Positions 34,493 through 45,685 of a DNA stretch of 64,000 nt are shown piece by piece. The notes below the pieces were generated by a model, which ran no database searches, was not told where the DNA came from, and saw only the letters and a list, made by a program, of their open reading frames with translations. Origin of the DNA: an uncultured Planctomycetaceae bacterium (lineage in GTDB: Bacteria; Planctomycetota; Planctomycetia; Pirellulales; PALSA-1355); NCBI GenBank assembly GCA_963785305.1, contig CAWAUV010000008.1, positions 32,001 through 96,000 on the forward strand, written 5' to 3'. How positions within the stretch are numbered: the first letter of the stretch is position 1; every line of letters starts with the position of its first letter. The position numbers and the translations under genes are program-made.

Positions 34493-36169
34493 CTATGCCA
34501 TCGCCGGGCGGCAGGGCGCCGGGGCTTGTTTTTCGCCGACATTGGCGCGCCACCACTGCGCCGCGTGGTCGCGAGACCAGTCGGCGGAGGCGGCGCACTG
34601 GGTGAGCGCGGCCCCAAGCTCCGCGGCGGTTTGGAAGCGTTCGTCGGCAATTTTCGAGAGGCAGCGCAAGATCACGCTTTCCAAGTCCGCCGGCAGCTCC
34701 GGTCGCAATTGCGAGGGCGGCGTGAGCGGCTCGTGCGCGTGGGCAAAAATCACCTTCAGGGGATTATCGCCCCGAAAGGGAGGCGAGCCCGTGAGCAAGA
34801 AATATCCCACGCAGCCCAGCGAATAAATGTCGCTCCGCTCGTCGGGAGGCGCCTCGCCCATCGCTTGCTCGGGCGACATGAACAGCGGCGAGCCGGTGAG
34901 CGAGCCTTCTTGGGTCAATTGCACCGAGCTCTGTTCGGCCAAGAGCGGTTTGGCCAGCCCGAAGTCGAGCAACTTGGCCACGTCATGCACGCCGCCGCGT
35001 TGGGCGACGAAAATATTGCCCGGCTTGATATCGCGGTGAATCAATCGCAAGGCGTGGGCCTCGGCGAGCGCGTCGCATGTTTGCCGCAGCAGGTGGATCA
35101 CGCGCGAAGGCTCGAGCGGTCCGTGGCGTTCGACCAGTTCGGCCAGACTCATGCCGGGCAGATACTCCATCACGTAATAAAAAGTGCCGTCGTCGGTGCG
35201 GCCGTAATCGAAGATTTCGATCGTGTTCCAGTGCGTCAATTTGGCCGTGGCCCGCACCTCGCGCTCGAACCGGGCCAGCGCCTGCGGATCGTTGGCCTTG
35301 CTGGGACGAATGACCTTGATGGCGCAGGGTCGTTTCATCAATTCATGTTCGGCCAGATACACTTCGCCCATGCCGCCGGCGCCGATCAGCTTGCAGAGTT
35401 TATATTGCCCGAACTTTCGGGCTTCGAACGCCTCGCGTCTCAGGGCGCCGATCATATGGACTCCGAAGAGCGCCGTGCCGTAGCTGATCGAGAGCATCAC
35501 GGCCATTTCCGCGATATAGGCCGGGCTGTCGCGGAGCAGGATTCCGCAAGGGCCGGGCTGAATCGCCATGAGAATCGCGACCACCAGCGGAGTGCCCGCG
35601 AGCACTCCGAGCGCAACCGCGGCGCAGCGCGGCGCATTGGGCACGAACAGGGCATAAATGTAGATCAAATACACATAGGAGCTGGGTGGATGCGCCGGCA
35701 AGTCCTTGTGCAACTCGGCGAAGCGGCGCATCAGGTCGTGCTGCATCATCGCCGTGTAGAGGAGCGGCGCACCGAAAATCAGCGCTTCGTATAACCGCAA
35801 TTCCCAGAGCGGGACATTTCGCCGCAAATACAAGGCGAACACGCAACCGTCGAGCACCACGAACAGCACGGCACGCGCGATCAGCACCGTGGTCACATCG
35901 GCGCCCGAGGCGGTCGTGCCCTTCATTGCATAAAACAGCAAAAACGCGGCGCTGCCGATGGCGAGCGACAGCGCCGCTGCCCGAAGTCGCACTCGCAGCA
36001 GTTTGAGTGTCTCATTGCCCAGTTCGGGCGCCGAACCTTCGATCAAGGCGACCTGCTGCGCTCGAGCCCGGGGGGCGCTGGCCGACGCCCGGAGGGCCGA
36101 CGCCGCGGAGTCCTCGGGAGTCGCATCCAAAGTGGCCGCCGGCGCTAATTGATCAAACGACAACGCCAT
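34493..36169 (-). CDS. Membrane-anchored Ser/Thr protein kinase (start may extend to 36229)
   Basis: IGAGGMGEVY, AIK, HRDIKPGN, DFG, MSPE, DIYSLG; several N-terminal hydrophobic helices. Confidence 0.95.
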   Translation of the reverse strand: MALSFDQLAPAATLDATPEDSAASALRASASAPRARAQQVALIEGSAPELGNETLKLLRVRLRAAALSLAIGSAAFLLFYAMKGTTASGADVTTVLIARAVLFVVLDGCVFALYLRRNVPLWELRLYEALIFGAPLLYTAMMQHDLMRRFAELHKDLPAHPPSSYVYLIYIYALFVPNAPRCAAVALGVLAGTPLVVAILMAIQPGPCGILLRDSPAYIAEMAVMLSISYGTALFGVHMIGALRREAFEARKFGQYKLCKLIGAGGMGEVYLAEHELMKRPCAIKVIRPSKANDPQALARFEREVRATAKLTHWNTIEIFDYGRTDDGTFYYVMEYLPGMSLAELVERHGPLEPSRVIHLLRQTCDALAEAHALRLIHRDIKPGNIFVAQRGGVHDVAKLLDFGLAKPLLAEQSSVQLTQEGSLTGSPLFMSPEQAMGEAPPDERSDIYSLGCVGYFLLTGSPPFRGDNPLKVIFAHAHEPLTPPSQLRPELPADLESVILRCLSKIADERFQTAAELGAALTQCAASADWSRDHAAQWWRANVGEKQAPAPCRPAMA

Positions 36170-36378
36170 TGCTTCCGCCACCCACTCGACGCATGCGGGA
36201 ACCGACTCGCCTGGGAACAGTACAATCAATCATACCCGGAGAGGCAACCCGATTGCACGCGTTCCCCGGCTTTAGCGCGTCCGACGAGCAACCGATTTGC
36301 GCGGCGCGATCGCCCGACGTGGCGGCCTGCTTTTCGGGATCGGCGTCAATTCCCACGCAATTGGCCGAGGAGAACGGA

Positions 36379-36930
36379 TCAGGCCGCGCGGCGGCGCGTC
36401 TGCCGCGCGGCGGCGAGTTGATCGATGTCGGCTCGGGAAACCGGCTGCCAGACACTTCCGCCGGCCGCCAATGTTTCGCGGAGCACCAAGGAATTGGCAT
36501 GCAGCATTCGCGGCACATAAAACCAAGCTTGCGCCAGCGATTCTTCGTCTTGGTCGCCGGCGATCAGCAGCAGATCATTGTCGCGCAGCGAATTCGCGGC
36601 GCGGACCAGCCCGGAATAGGGGTCGCCCGGCACGAGTTGCGAGCGAACTCCGGTGGCCTTGAACATCACATAGGCATTTTTCAGCGTGAGGGCTTGCGCG
36701 TTCGCGGGGCGGCCTTCGAACAGGTCGACCCCGGCATAGCGGAGCTCGCCAAGCGGGCGAAATCGCTGCGCCACTTGCAGCATGCGCAAGGCACGCTGGC
36801 CGGAGCCGATGCCGATCTCGAAGATTTTCGCCGGCTTCAGGCTTTGAATCTGCCGATAGAGCGACCGTTCGGCGGCTGGCTTGGATAGATAGAAAAGATA
36901 GGCAAGTTCTAGGTGGCTGACAACAGACAC
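36379..36930 (-). CDS. Hypothetical protein, class I SAM methyltransferase-like
   Basis: KIFEIGIGSG motif I-like; YAGVDLFE; GTG start assumed. Confidence 0.65.
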   Translation of the reverse strand: MSVVSHLELAYLFYLSKPAAERSLYRQIQSLKPAKIFEIGIGSGQRALRMLQVAQRFRPLGELRYAGVDLFEGRPANAQALTLKNAYVMFKATGVRSQLVPGDPYSGLVRAANSLRDNDLLLIAGDQDEESLAQAWFYVPRMLHANSLVLRETLAAGGSVWQPVSRADIDQLAAARQTRRRAA

Positions 36931-37130
36931 GGTTTTTCGCCTTTTCGCTACAAGCCTGCAATCGTTGCCTGCCCCGACAGCGCGGCTGCCGCCCGCCCCT
37001 CGAAGCGTCCGTGGACCCCGGCAGCTTCGCTCTAGATTTTTTCGGCCGAGCGATGGCGAAAGTCGAGCCGAACCTGATCCGCTCGACACAGCTTGCCTCG
37101 CCAGCAAACCGAAGGCGAAAAAAGCGGCGC

Positions 37131-37169
37131 CGCTAGGAGCCTGTTGAAATACTCAACAGGCTCCTAGCG
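37131..37169. terminator. Perfect 17-bp inverted repeat (terminator or IS/MITE remnant)
   Basis: CGCTAGGAGCCTGTTGA-aatac-TCAACAGGCTCCTAGCG overlapping the stop codon at 37164. Confidence 0.55.
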
Positions 37170-39754
37170 CACCGTGGATCGCGGAGTGGTGGCGGTGGCC
37201 GACTCCCACTTCAACATGCGTTGCGTTTCCGTCAGCATTGCTTGAATTTCGGCGTCGTCGGGACTGCGTTGCAGCCGCCACTTGAAGTGCATTTCGGCTT
37301 CGGCATATTCATGCTCGCGAAACAGGCGCCGGGCCAGGGCCGTTCTCAGCGCCGGATCGCTCGGTCGCGCGGCCACGGCCCGCCGCAAGCAGCGGAGCGC
37401 CACATCGGGCTGGCCCAGGCGTTCGTAGAGACTTTCGATTTCGGCCCAGAGCGCCGCGGCGCCATCGGACGTGGCAGCCGACACGACACGCTCGGCGGTC
37501 TTCAAATAATATTCGAGCAGAACTTGGGCGTCTTCGGGAGTGAGTCGCGAAGTGTATTGGGCGTCGAGCAACCGAGTCGCGTCGAGATCGGGCTCGAACC
37601 GATCGAGAATCACGCGAACCGGAACGCGATTTTCGACCAACAGCGGCACAAGTCGATTCTGCCAATCGGGACCCGCGCGAAACAATTCTTGCCAATGTTG
37701 CGCGGCGGCGGCCAGGTCGCCGGCGGCGGCCCGTTCGGCGCCGGCGGCCATGAGGGTTTCACGGTGGTGGGGTCGAACCCGGAGCGCCTGGCGCACGAGC
37801 GCCGCGGATTCGAACGTCGCGTCGCCTTGGAGCCGGAGAAAATGCGCGAGATAGAGATAGCTTTCGCCCGCGAGCGGCGTCAAATGCATGGCTGCCAACG
37901 AATGCTCCACGCCCCAGCCCAGGCAGCGTTCTCGAAATGGCGGATCGACGATGTCCCCGATTTTGCTGTCGAGTGCCGCGGCGAGTTGCAAATGGGCGTG
38001 CGCGTCATCGGGCGTGTAATCGAGCACCGCGCGAAGTTGCATCGCCACGTCGCGGTCGGGCATTTGGGCCCGGGTGTCGGGATCGGCGATGGCGGCGCGC
38101 TCGAAGGCCGACCAGTGGAGCGCGGCGAACGCCACCCGAACGCGGTATTGCATCGTCCACCCCGCGACCACGAGCAACGCCACCGTGGCGAGGCCCATGT
38201 AGGCGCGACCGGTTTCAATCGCCAAGCGCGCCTGATCGGCGGCAAAGTGAAGTCGGCGATTCGCACGGCGCAGGCGGCGATTAGCGTGGTGACCAACATC
38301 GCCGCCGGCAGCCGCCACACGCAGTCGAACATCGCATGCGCCGCGCTGGCCGAAAGGCCCGCCACCACGGCGGCCACGCAAACCCGCGCTCGTTGCGGAA
38401 CTCCGGCGGTTCGCAAAATCCGATAATACATCCAAACACACCAGCCGAGCCCGGCGAGAAGTAGCGTCAAGCCGGCGATGCCCGTGTCGACCGCGATTTG
38501 CACGTAGTCGTTGGAAGGATTCGCCGGGCAGACTTGCCGGGCGTTCGCGCGATAGCAGGGCGCCACATCGTTGTAGGCATTGACCCCCGCGCCGAGCAAC
38601 CAGAAGTCGGCGAAGGCGCGTTGATCGATCTCGGCGCCCATTTTCGGGTCGGGCTCGTCGATTGGATTCGCGAGCGAAAGCCGAGCGGCGTCGCTCGGCG
38701 GCTCTTCGACCAGACCCGAGTCGCGAGCCATGGCGAAGAGCAGGAGCACGAGGGCGATGCCGATTCCGCCGAAAAGAGTGCGTGACCCGATCATGGCGGC
38801 GCGATATAGCACCGCGAGCGAGGCCGCCGTCGCGAGCGACACCATGGCCACGCCGCCGGTCGATCCGCCCAAGAGTCCGGCAGCGAGCACGGTCACCAAG
38901 GCGCCGAGGCGCCAAGCGAATCGCCAGCCGGTGGTGGCCACGTCGCGGGCGGCGGCTTGTTTCTGCCCGGCGCGGCGGCGGGCGTCACGATGGGCCCGCA
39001 TTTCGGCGAAAGTCACGCATACCAGCGGTCCCACGCCCAGCGCGAGAAAATGCGCCAGATGCGCCGGCTCGCGAAAGGGGCCATAAAAGCTCGCGTGACC
39101 GGCGCGGGCCAAGTGTTCGTAAATCCCGACCATCTGTCGATCGCCAAACACGCGATGGAACAGACTCGCCACGGCCACCATGACCGCGGCCAGACTCACT
39201 GCCTTGAGCACGCGCTCGACGCATTCGAGGCTGCGAATCCGCTCGAGAGCCGTGGCAAACAGCGCCACATAGATCAAGAGCATCGTGAGTCCGCTGCGAG
39301 TGGCGGCCGGCGCGACACTCAGCGTGTTCCATGTATCCCAGCGCGGCGCGGATTCATCGCCGCCGAACCACAGCGGCAACATCGACGCGAGCTCGGGCGA
39401 CAAAGCGCGTATCACCGCCACCGGCAGCGGCGCCATTTGCAAAAAAACCAATCCCACGGCGGCCAGGAGCAATAGATGCAAAGGTCGCACGGTGCAGACC
39501 GTGACCTCGCGCCGGCGCCAAGCGAGAATCAAGAGCCCGGCAAGCGCCACGAACACACAAGCGGCCAGAGCGCATTGGGCAAAAGGGCGCAGGTCGCCAG
39601 TGAACCAAGGGCTGGCGAACATCGGCGCCAAGAGCGCGCCCATCACGAGCCGATTGAGGCCCCGATCGAGGCTTCCGCCCGGGGCGTCGCTCACGCCCAC
39701 GAGCCCGCGTCGCGGACAGGCGATCCATTTCAAACCAAACCAAGAGATGAACAT
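37164..39754 (-). CDS. O-antigen ligase family membrane protein with C-terminal TPR-like region (apparent frameshift near 38200-38250)
   Basis: Multiple TM helices; TLSVAPAAT; FYGPF..HLAHFLAL; WLLGAG..NDYVQIAVDTGIAG; AHAMFD; helical repeats in the second frame. Confidence 0.8.
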
Positions 39755-39838
39755 TGAAGACGTCCCCCCAGAAAAACGTCGGGGATGTGGGCGATTGTGG
39801 GCTCGATGCCAGTCACGCGACCGGCGATCATGATTCGC

Positions 39839-40351
39839 TCACGGATTTGGCGGGTTGGGTTGGCGCGAATCATGCACGGCAAAAGGAATCACGATCGCGC
39901 AAATCACGACCGCCGCCATCAGCGCACGGTCGGAGATAAACGCGTCGCGCAGCGGGCCTTGCCCGCGGGTCACGAATAGATCGTTCCAAGGCTTTCCGCT
40001 CGGTCCCGAACTGCTCGCCGCGAGCCACGAAGGTTTGGCCGGAGCAGCGGCGACCGAAACGGCGCTCGATGCGCCGCTGTCGCTCGCGGCCACGGCCGGG
40101 CTCGAATCGCTGGGGGCATAGCTCACGCGATGCACCACGCTGGGCGTCGGGCCGTTCGGCGCCGGGTCATTTGCCGATGGGCCACTTTGCGATGGGCCAA
40201 GCCGTTGCGTGCCCGCGGCAAGCTCCGCGTCGCTGGGGTGCGCGTCGTTACGGATCAGCGGATCGTATTTCGAGATCGTGTGCATTTCTTGGCAGCCAAG
40301 CGCCACCGAAATGAGCACTGCGAGCGAGGCTCGGGCAAATTTGGCGGGCAT
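39839..40351 (-). CDS. Hypothetical lipoprotein-like protein
   Basis: Lipobox-like VALGC after a hydrophobic stretch; P/S/A-rich middle; C-terminal hydrophobic segment. Confidence 0.6.
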   Translation of the reverse strand: MPAKFARASLAVLISVALGCQEMHTISKYDPLIRNDAHPSDAELAAGTQRLGPSQSGPSANDPAPNGPTPSVVHRVSYAPSDSSPAVAASDSGASSAVSVAAAPAKPSWLAASSSGPSGKPWNDLFVTRGQGPLRDAFISDRALMAAVVICAIVIPFAVHDSRQPNPPNP

Positions 40352-40481
40352 GCTTGGTAACGACCTTGAAATGAAGGGATCGCGATCGCGCGAAATCGGT
40401 CGCGGATTATAGGCCCATGCCGGCGCCGGTCAACGTCAGTCATTGGGAACTCGAGCCGCGGGCAGTGCGCCCCGAGATAGC

Positions 40482-41379
40482 TTACTTTCGCTGCCAGCGT
40501 TCGAAGTGCCGCACGAACTGCCGGTCGATGTCGGGCATGCGGTTTCGAAGTCGCTCGCCCAGCGGCGCCGCGCGACGACGGTTCGCCAAATCGTCGAGAT
40601 ATTCGACGAGCGCCGCGTGCCCCGAGCGCGGCCCGTGGAGCATGAAATGGGTCCAGGCCCACGCGATGCGATAATCGTTGGCCGACATCTCCTCGAGCCG
40701 CTGGCGGCTTTCGAGCGATTCGATCGGCGGGGCCTGTTCCCGGGCCACGACCGTCTTGCACACCACGCTCAAATACGGATTGTCGAACGCTCGCTCCGCG
40801 GCCGGCGGCTCGAAGTATTCGGCCAGCCCCTCGTCGAGCCAGAGCGGTGTCTCCGGCAGCGCCGCATGCAAGAAGGCATGCGTGCATTCGTGCCGCAAGT
40901 CGACCGCCAATTGCGGGCTGGCATAGACATAGACCCGCCCGCGGCCGCCGCGCTTGACATAGAGCGCCCGCCGATCGGGCATTGGCCGAGAAGCTGCGCA
41001 AGTGGCGAGCGTAGCTGGCTTGCTTCGAGAAGAGATACACCTCGATCAGCTCGCGCGACGAGGGAATGCCCAAGGTGCGCTCGAGTTCGCCGCGGAGCGC
41101 GGTGAGCTCGCCGAAGAGGTTCTCGTGGTTCGCGAGCGGAAAATCCGCCCGAAACACGATGTTGTCGACCTGTCGCGTGTCGGGCCATTCGGCCGCCGAG
41201 GCGATTCCTTGGCTCGCCGCCGCCCGTGCGCAAGCAACCAAGAGCGCAAGTCGCAAGCCGCGGGCGCCGGCAATGAAGCCAGCTAGCAAGCGCCGATCGT
41301 AGTCGAACCAGCAAGATCGTTGGCGTCGGCGCCGCACGACGCGGCGAGAAGTCGATTCCGCTGCACATCGCAATTGCAT
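40482..41379 (-). CDS. DUF1570 / HExxH peptidase-like protein (apparent frameshift near 40990; start uncertain)
   Basis: LRHECTHAFLH..PLWLDEGLAEYFE..YRIAWAWTHFM; N-part IEVYLF in the adjacent frame. Confidence 0.8.
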
Positions 41380-41663
41380 CCACCGGCGGACGGCTCGCTA
41401 GAGAAGATCGAGCGCGGGCACGAAGAACCCAGAAATCCATGAGGGGCGGAATACGATAGGCGCCCCCGGGGCCGGCGTCAAGTTGGCTTCGGTTTCTTGT
41501 CGGCGTCGCCTCGCGCTGGCCGCCGCTTGTCGCCCGCTAAAAACGCCTTTGCCCACGAGCAAGTCGTGGGCAAAGTCCCTCGCGCGGCCGCAGGGGGGCG
41601 ACCGCGCCACGAGGGGATGAGCGATATGGTGGGGCCCACGCTCGGGCAACGCCGGGCCGACGA

Positions 41664-42290
41664 TCATTCGCCGCGAGCGTATTTTTGCACTCGGTCGAGC
41701 AACCCGCGGGCGGCCGGTTTCGCCTGGCTCGCTTTGTCGGCGGCAACCATCGCGTCGAGCCGACGGTGCAGGGCCGGGCCCTGCGAGTCGATCGCCGGCT
41801 GCATGACCGGCGGATTATTGAGATTGTTTCGCCGCGCGATTTGCATCACCGACTTCGCGGGGGCGGGCGCCGGCAGCGATCGGCCAAGTTTGCGGCTCAG
41901 CCAGCTCACGCCCAGCGCGCCCGCGTCGGTGCGGCGGCTGGTCGAATCCCGCGGGCCATGGGCTTGCCACAGATTGCGCAGGTCGTCGGCCATGACGCCA
42001 TGGCGCTCGTCGCCCACGATCACCACCTCGCCGGTCGAGGCGTCGAGGCCGGTTTGAATTGCCTCGTCGAGCCCCAGCCGCATCGGGTGCCGCTCGACAC
42101 TGACTTGCGGAAAGAAGAGCGCCAGTTGCTCGGCGATCTCGGCCGTGTCGTCGGTCGAGCCATCGTCGACGATCACGATCTCGAACCGCGGCGTCATATC
42201 GGGTAGCAGGTCCAGCAGGCGTTCGACCCGATCGACCAAATGTTGTTGTGCGTTGTAAACCGGCAACAGCACGGTGAGTGAGGCGTTCAA
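41664..42290 (-). CDS. Glycosyltransferase family 2-like protein (short)
   Basis: LTVLLPVYNA, IVIVDDGSTDDT; TTG start with AAAGGGA upstream. Confidence 0.85.
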   Translation of the reverse strand: MNASLTVLLPVYNAQQHLVDRVERLLDLLPDMTPRFEIVIVDDGSTDDTAEIAEQLALFFPQVSVERHPMRLGLDEAIQTGLDASTGEVVIVGDERHGVMADDLRNLWQAHGPRDSTSRRTDAGALGVSWLSRKLGRSLPAPAPAKSVMQIARRNNLNNPPVMQPAIDSQGPALHRRLDAMVAADKASQAKPAARGLLDRVQKYARGE

Positions 42291-42807
42291 GGCCGTCCCT
42301 TTACGTGGCAAGGAGGTATTCTAAGTTGGCGGCGCGACCGGCGCGCTCGGTTCGTGGCGGGGGCAGTTGGGTTTGCGACTCTTCCCGGCGCTGCCTGGGC
42401 GATTGCGCAAGGCGTTCGGCGGGATGTCGCAAAACTGGGTGGCATGGCGGATCGTTAGACGCGTCGCGACTCGGGCTCGCATCCTGCGTGCAAGCCGCGA
42501 CACTTTCGGACTCGGCCCCGCCCGGCGCGCCATCGCCACGGCGAACCGGTCTCGTAACATCGAGTCCGGCGAAGTCTCTTGGGCCGACGCACAATGCATC
42601 GGACACTCGACCCCGCCCGCTGCAAGCAGTTCGCGCAATTGACGCTTGGATGCTTTATAGCGAAGAGTCGGCGAGCCGCGGCCGCCCGCAAAAGAGGCTC
42701 GCCCGGCAAATCGCGCGCGGGCCGCAAATCGCGCGCGGGCCGCGGATCACGCGCGGAATCTCGAGGGCGCCGCGGCCGCTCCTGGCTTCAATTGCCAGTC
42801 GCGGCGC

Positions 42808-43332
42808 TCAGGCGCGGGCCGATTTCTTGGCCTGCTTCTTTTTCTTGCGGTTCTCGCGGCGAAGCACGATCGGCAATTCCTCGGGGCTCACGACCCAGCC
42901 GCGGCATTCCTTGCTTCCGCAGTGACACCGAATCGCCGCGTCGGCCGGCCAGCCATAGTCGATCGTCAACTCCTCGCCGGCCTCGAGAGTGCGAATCGCG
43001 CCGACAAACATCCGATCGGCCACGCTCGGGTCTTCGCCCTCGAGCGGCTCCCAGGAAAACAGCTCGCAATTCGGCTCGCAGCTATGATTCAAAAAGCGAA
43101 ATGGCGGAACCGGCTCCAGGTTTCGCTGCCCGCCCAGGTCGATGCAATATTCGGAGCTGTAATCCGGATCGGTGATCACCTCGCCCAGGATTTCTCCGAC
43201 ATTCTTGCCCTTCGAGATTCGCCGCAGCGCGAACACGCCGCGGCCGAGTTTCATCTTGCGCACTTCGACATTCAGGAGCACGGTGCTGGCCCGGGGCGCT
43301 TGCCGCGGGCGAATGGATTTTGCGTCGGACAT
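42808..43332 (-). CDS. SET domain protein-lysine methyltransferase with post-SET motif
   Basis: [36 protein letters not shown]. Confidence 0.95.
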   Translation of the reverse strand: MSDAKSIRPRQAPRASTVLLNVEVRKMKLGRGVFALRRISKGKNVGEILGEVITDPDYSSEYCIDLGGQRNLEPVPPFRFLNHSCEPNCELFSWEPLEGEDPSVADRMFVGAIRTLEAGEELTIDYGWPADAAIRCHCGSKECRGWVVSPEELPIVLRRENRKKKKQAKKSARA

Positions 43333-43650
43333 AGCGAAGCGAGGTCCCCAAGAATTAAAAAGGCGAGCGAAGTTAGTCGATTATGCCGGCAAGGCGACCC
43401 GAGGGCAATCGAAGTTTGGCGCGGGCCGCGCTGGGCGGCGCGATCGCTACGACGCGCCGCGAGTTTCCGCCCCGCGGGACTGTCCCGCAAATTGCCACTC
43501 GACGAAGTTTCAAGTATATCTGAGTGTTTTGCCGAGCCAATTGCATCCCGCCCACTCGCCCGCGCCTCGCCGCATTTCCCATTGCGCCGAGTAACGCTCG
43601 CGAGCTCTCGCGGCGACCGCCTCGAAGCCCGATTTTTTTCCGGAGTCGTC

Positions 43651-45323
43651 ATGTCGCTCAATAAATACAGTGCCCGTATCACGCAGCCCAAAAGCCAGGG
43701 CGCCAGCCAAGCGATGCTCTATGGAACCGGCCTGACCGAGGCCGACATGCAAAAGCCGCAAGTCGGCATCGCCAGCGTGTGGTACGAAGGCAACACCTGC
43801 AACATGCACCTCAACGAGCTCGCGGCCAAGGTCAAGCAGGGCGTGGTGGCCAATGGCATGGTCGGCATGCGGTTCAACACCATCGGCGTTAGCGACGGAA
43901 TCTCGATGGGCACCGAAGGCATGAGCTATTCGCTCCAATCGCGCGACCTGATCGCCGATTCGATCGAAACCGTCATGGCCGCCCAGTGGTACGACGCCAA
44001 TATCTCGCTGCCAGGCTGCGATAAAAACATGCCCGGCTGCCTGATCGCCATGGGCCGGCTGAATCGGCCCGCGATGATGATCTACGGCGGCACGATTCGC
44101 GCCGGCCACTGGCGCGACCAAAAGCTCGACATCGTGTCGGCCTTTCAATGCTATGGCCAGTTCATCGCCGGCTCGCTCGCCGAGGACGATCGCAAGGCGA
44201 TCGTGCAGCACAGTTGCCCTGGCGCCGGCGCTTGCGGCGGCATGTACACCGCCAACACCATGGCCACCGCGATCGAAGCCCTTGGAATGTCGCTCCCCTA
44301 TAGCAGCACGATTCCGGCCGAGGACCCCGCCAAGCTCGACGAATGCCTGCGGGCCGGCGCCACGATCCGCCGGTTGCTCGAAATGGATCTCAAGCCCCGC
44401 GATATCATGACCCGCCGGGCCTTCGAAAACGCGATGGTCACCGTGATGGCTCTCGGCGGCTCGACCAACGCCGTGTTGCATCTGATCGCCATGGCCCGGG
44501 CCGTGGAAGTGCCGCTCACGCTCGATGATTTTCAGGCCGTGAGTCGACGCGTGCCGTATCTGGCCGATCTAAAGCCGAGCGGCGGCTATGTGCAAGAAGA
44601 CTTGCATCAGGTGGGCGGGGCGCCGGGAGTGATGAAATATCTGCTCGAAAAAGGCCTGCTCGACGGTGATTGCATGACCGTGACCGGCCGCACGCTCGGC
44701 GAGAACCTCGCCGAGCTGCCGGGCCTCGACCCCAGCCAAAAGATCATCCGCCCGATCGAAAACCCGATCAAACCGGTCGGCCACATTCAGATTCTTTACG
44801 GCAATCTCGCCCCCGAGGGCGCCGTGGCCAAGATCACCGGCAAGGAAGGCACTCGCTTCGTCGGCCCCGCCAAGCCCTACGATTCGGAAGAGGCGATGCT
44901 CCACGCGCTCGAGCGAGGCGAGATCGTGAAGGGCGATGTGGTGATTATTCGCTACGAAGGCCCCCAGGGCGGACCGGGCATGCCCGAAATGCTCACCTGC
45001 ACCTCGGCAATCATGGGCGCCGGGCTCGGGGCCGATGTGGCGATGATTACCGACGGCCGCTTTTCAGGCGGTTCGCACGGCTTCATCGTGGGCCATGTGA
45101 CGCCCGAAGCCCAGCTTGGCGGCCCGCTGGCGCTAGTCGAACCGGGCGACTTGGTGACGGTCGACGCCTCGGACAACACGCTCGACATGGATGTGAGCCT
45201 CGAGGAGCTCGAGGCCCGGAAGTCCCGCTGCGCGCCCCGGCTTATAAAGCCACTCGCGGCACGCTTTATAAGTACATCAAGAACGTGAAAAGCGCCAGCG
45301 AAGGCTGCGTGACCGACGAGTGA
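43651..45323 (+). CDS. ilvD: Dihydroxy-acid dehydratase (apparent frameshift near 45230)
   Basis: [62 protein letters not shown]-terminal [18 protein letters not shown] in the shifted frame. Confidence 0.96.
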
Positions 45324-45685
45324 CCGGCCGCGCATCTTGCCCACCGTTGGCGTAAAAGATAGGGCGCCGGGCCGGGTTATTTCACGCGATGAGCGTTGCG
45401 CGGCACGTTCGTCCTGGCGGCGTTCTTTCTGATCCGAGTCGATTCCACGCCACGAGAGTCAGGCATTAATTGCGCCGCCCCCCTGGCGGCGGAATGCCAA
45501 CATCATCACAATGGGGCGGTTCACTTCGCTTGCCGGTGAGAGTCTATCCGGCAACGTCTCCCATCTCGCCTTAGGGCGCAGCGCTCGGGGGCCGGCTCGA
45601 CGGAGTTCTCGGACCGGTTCTTGGTTGCAGGCGCCTCTCGGGCGAGCAGTTTATCTTTTCACGTTGCTTTTTTAGGGATCAAACC

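Noticed and set aside
42706..42760. 18-bp repeat x3 (similar short repeats at 48400-48455 and 51535-51570)
   Set aside because: Ordinary slippage duplications in a spacer or in low-complexity linkers
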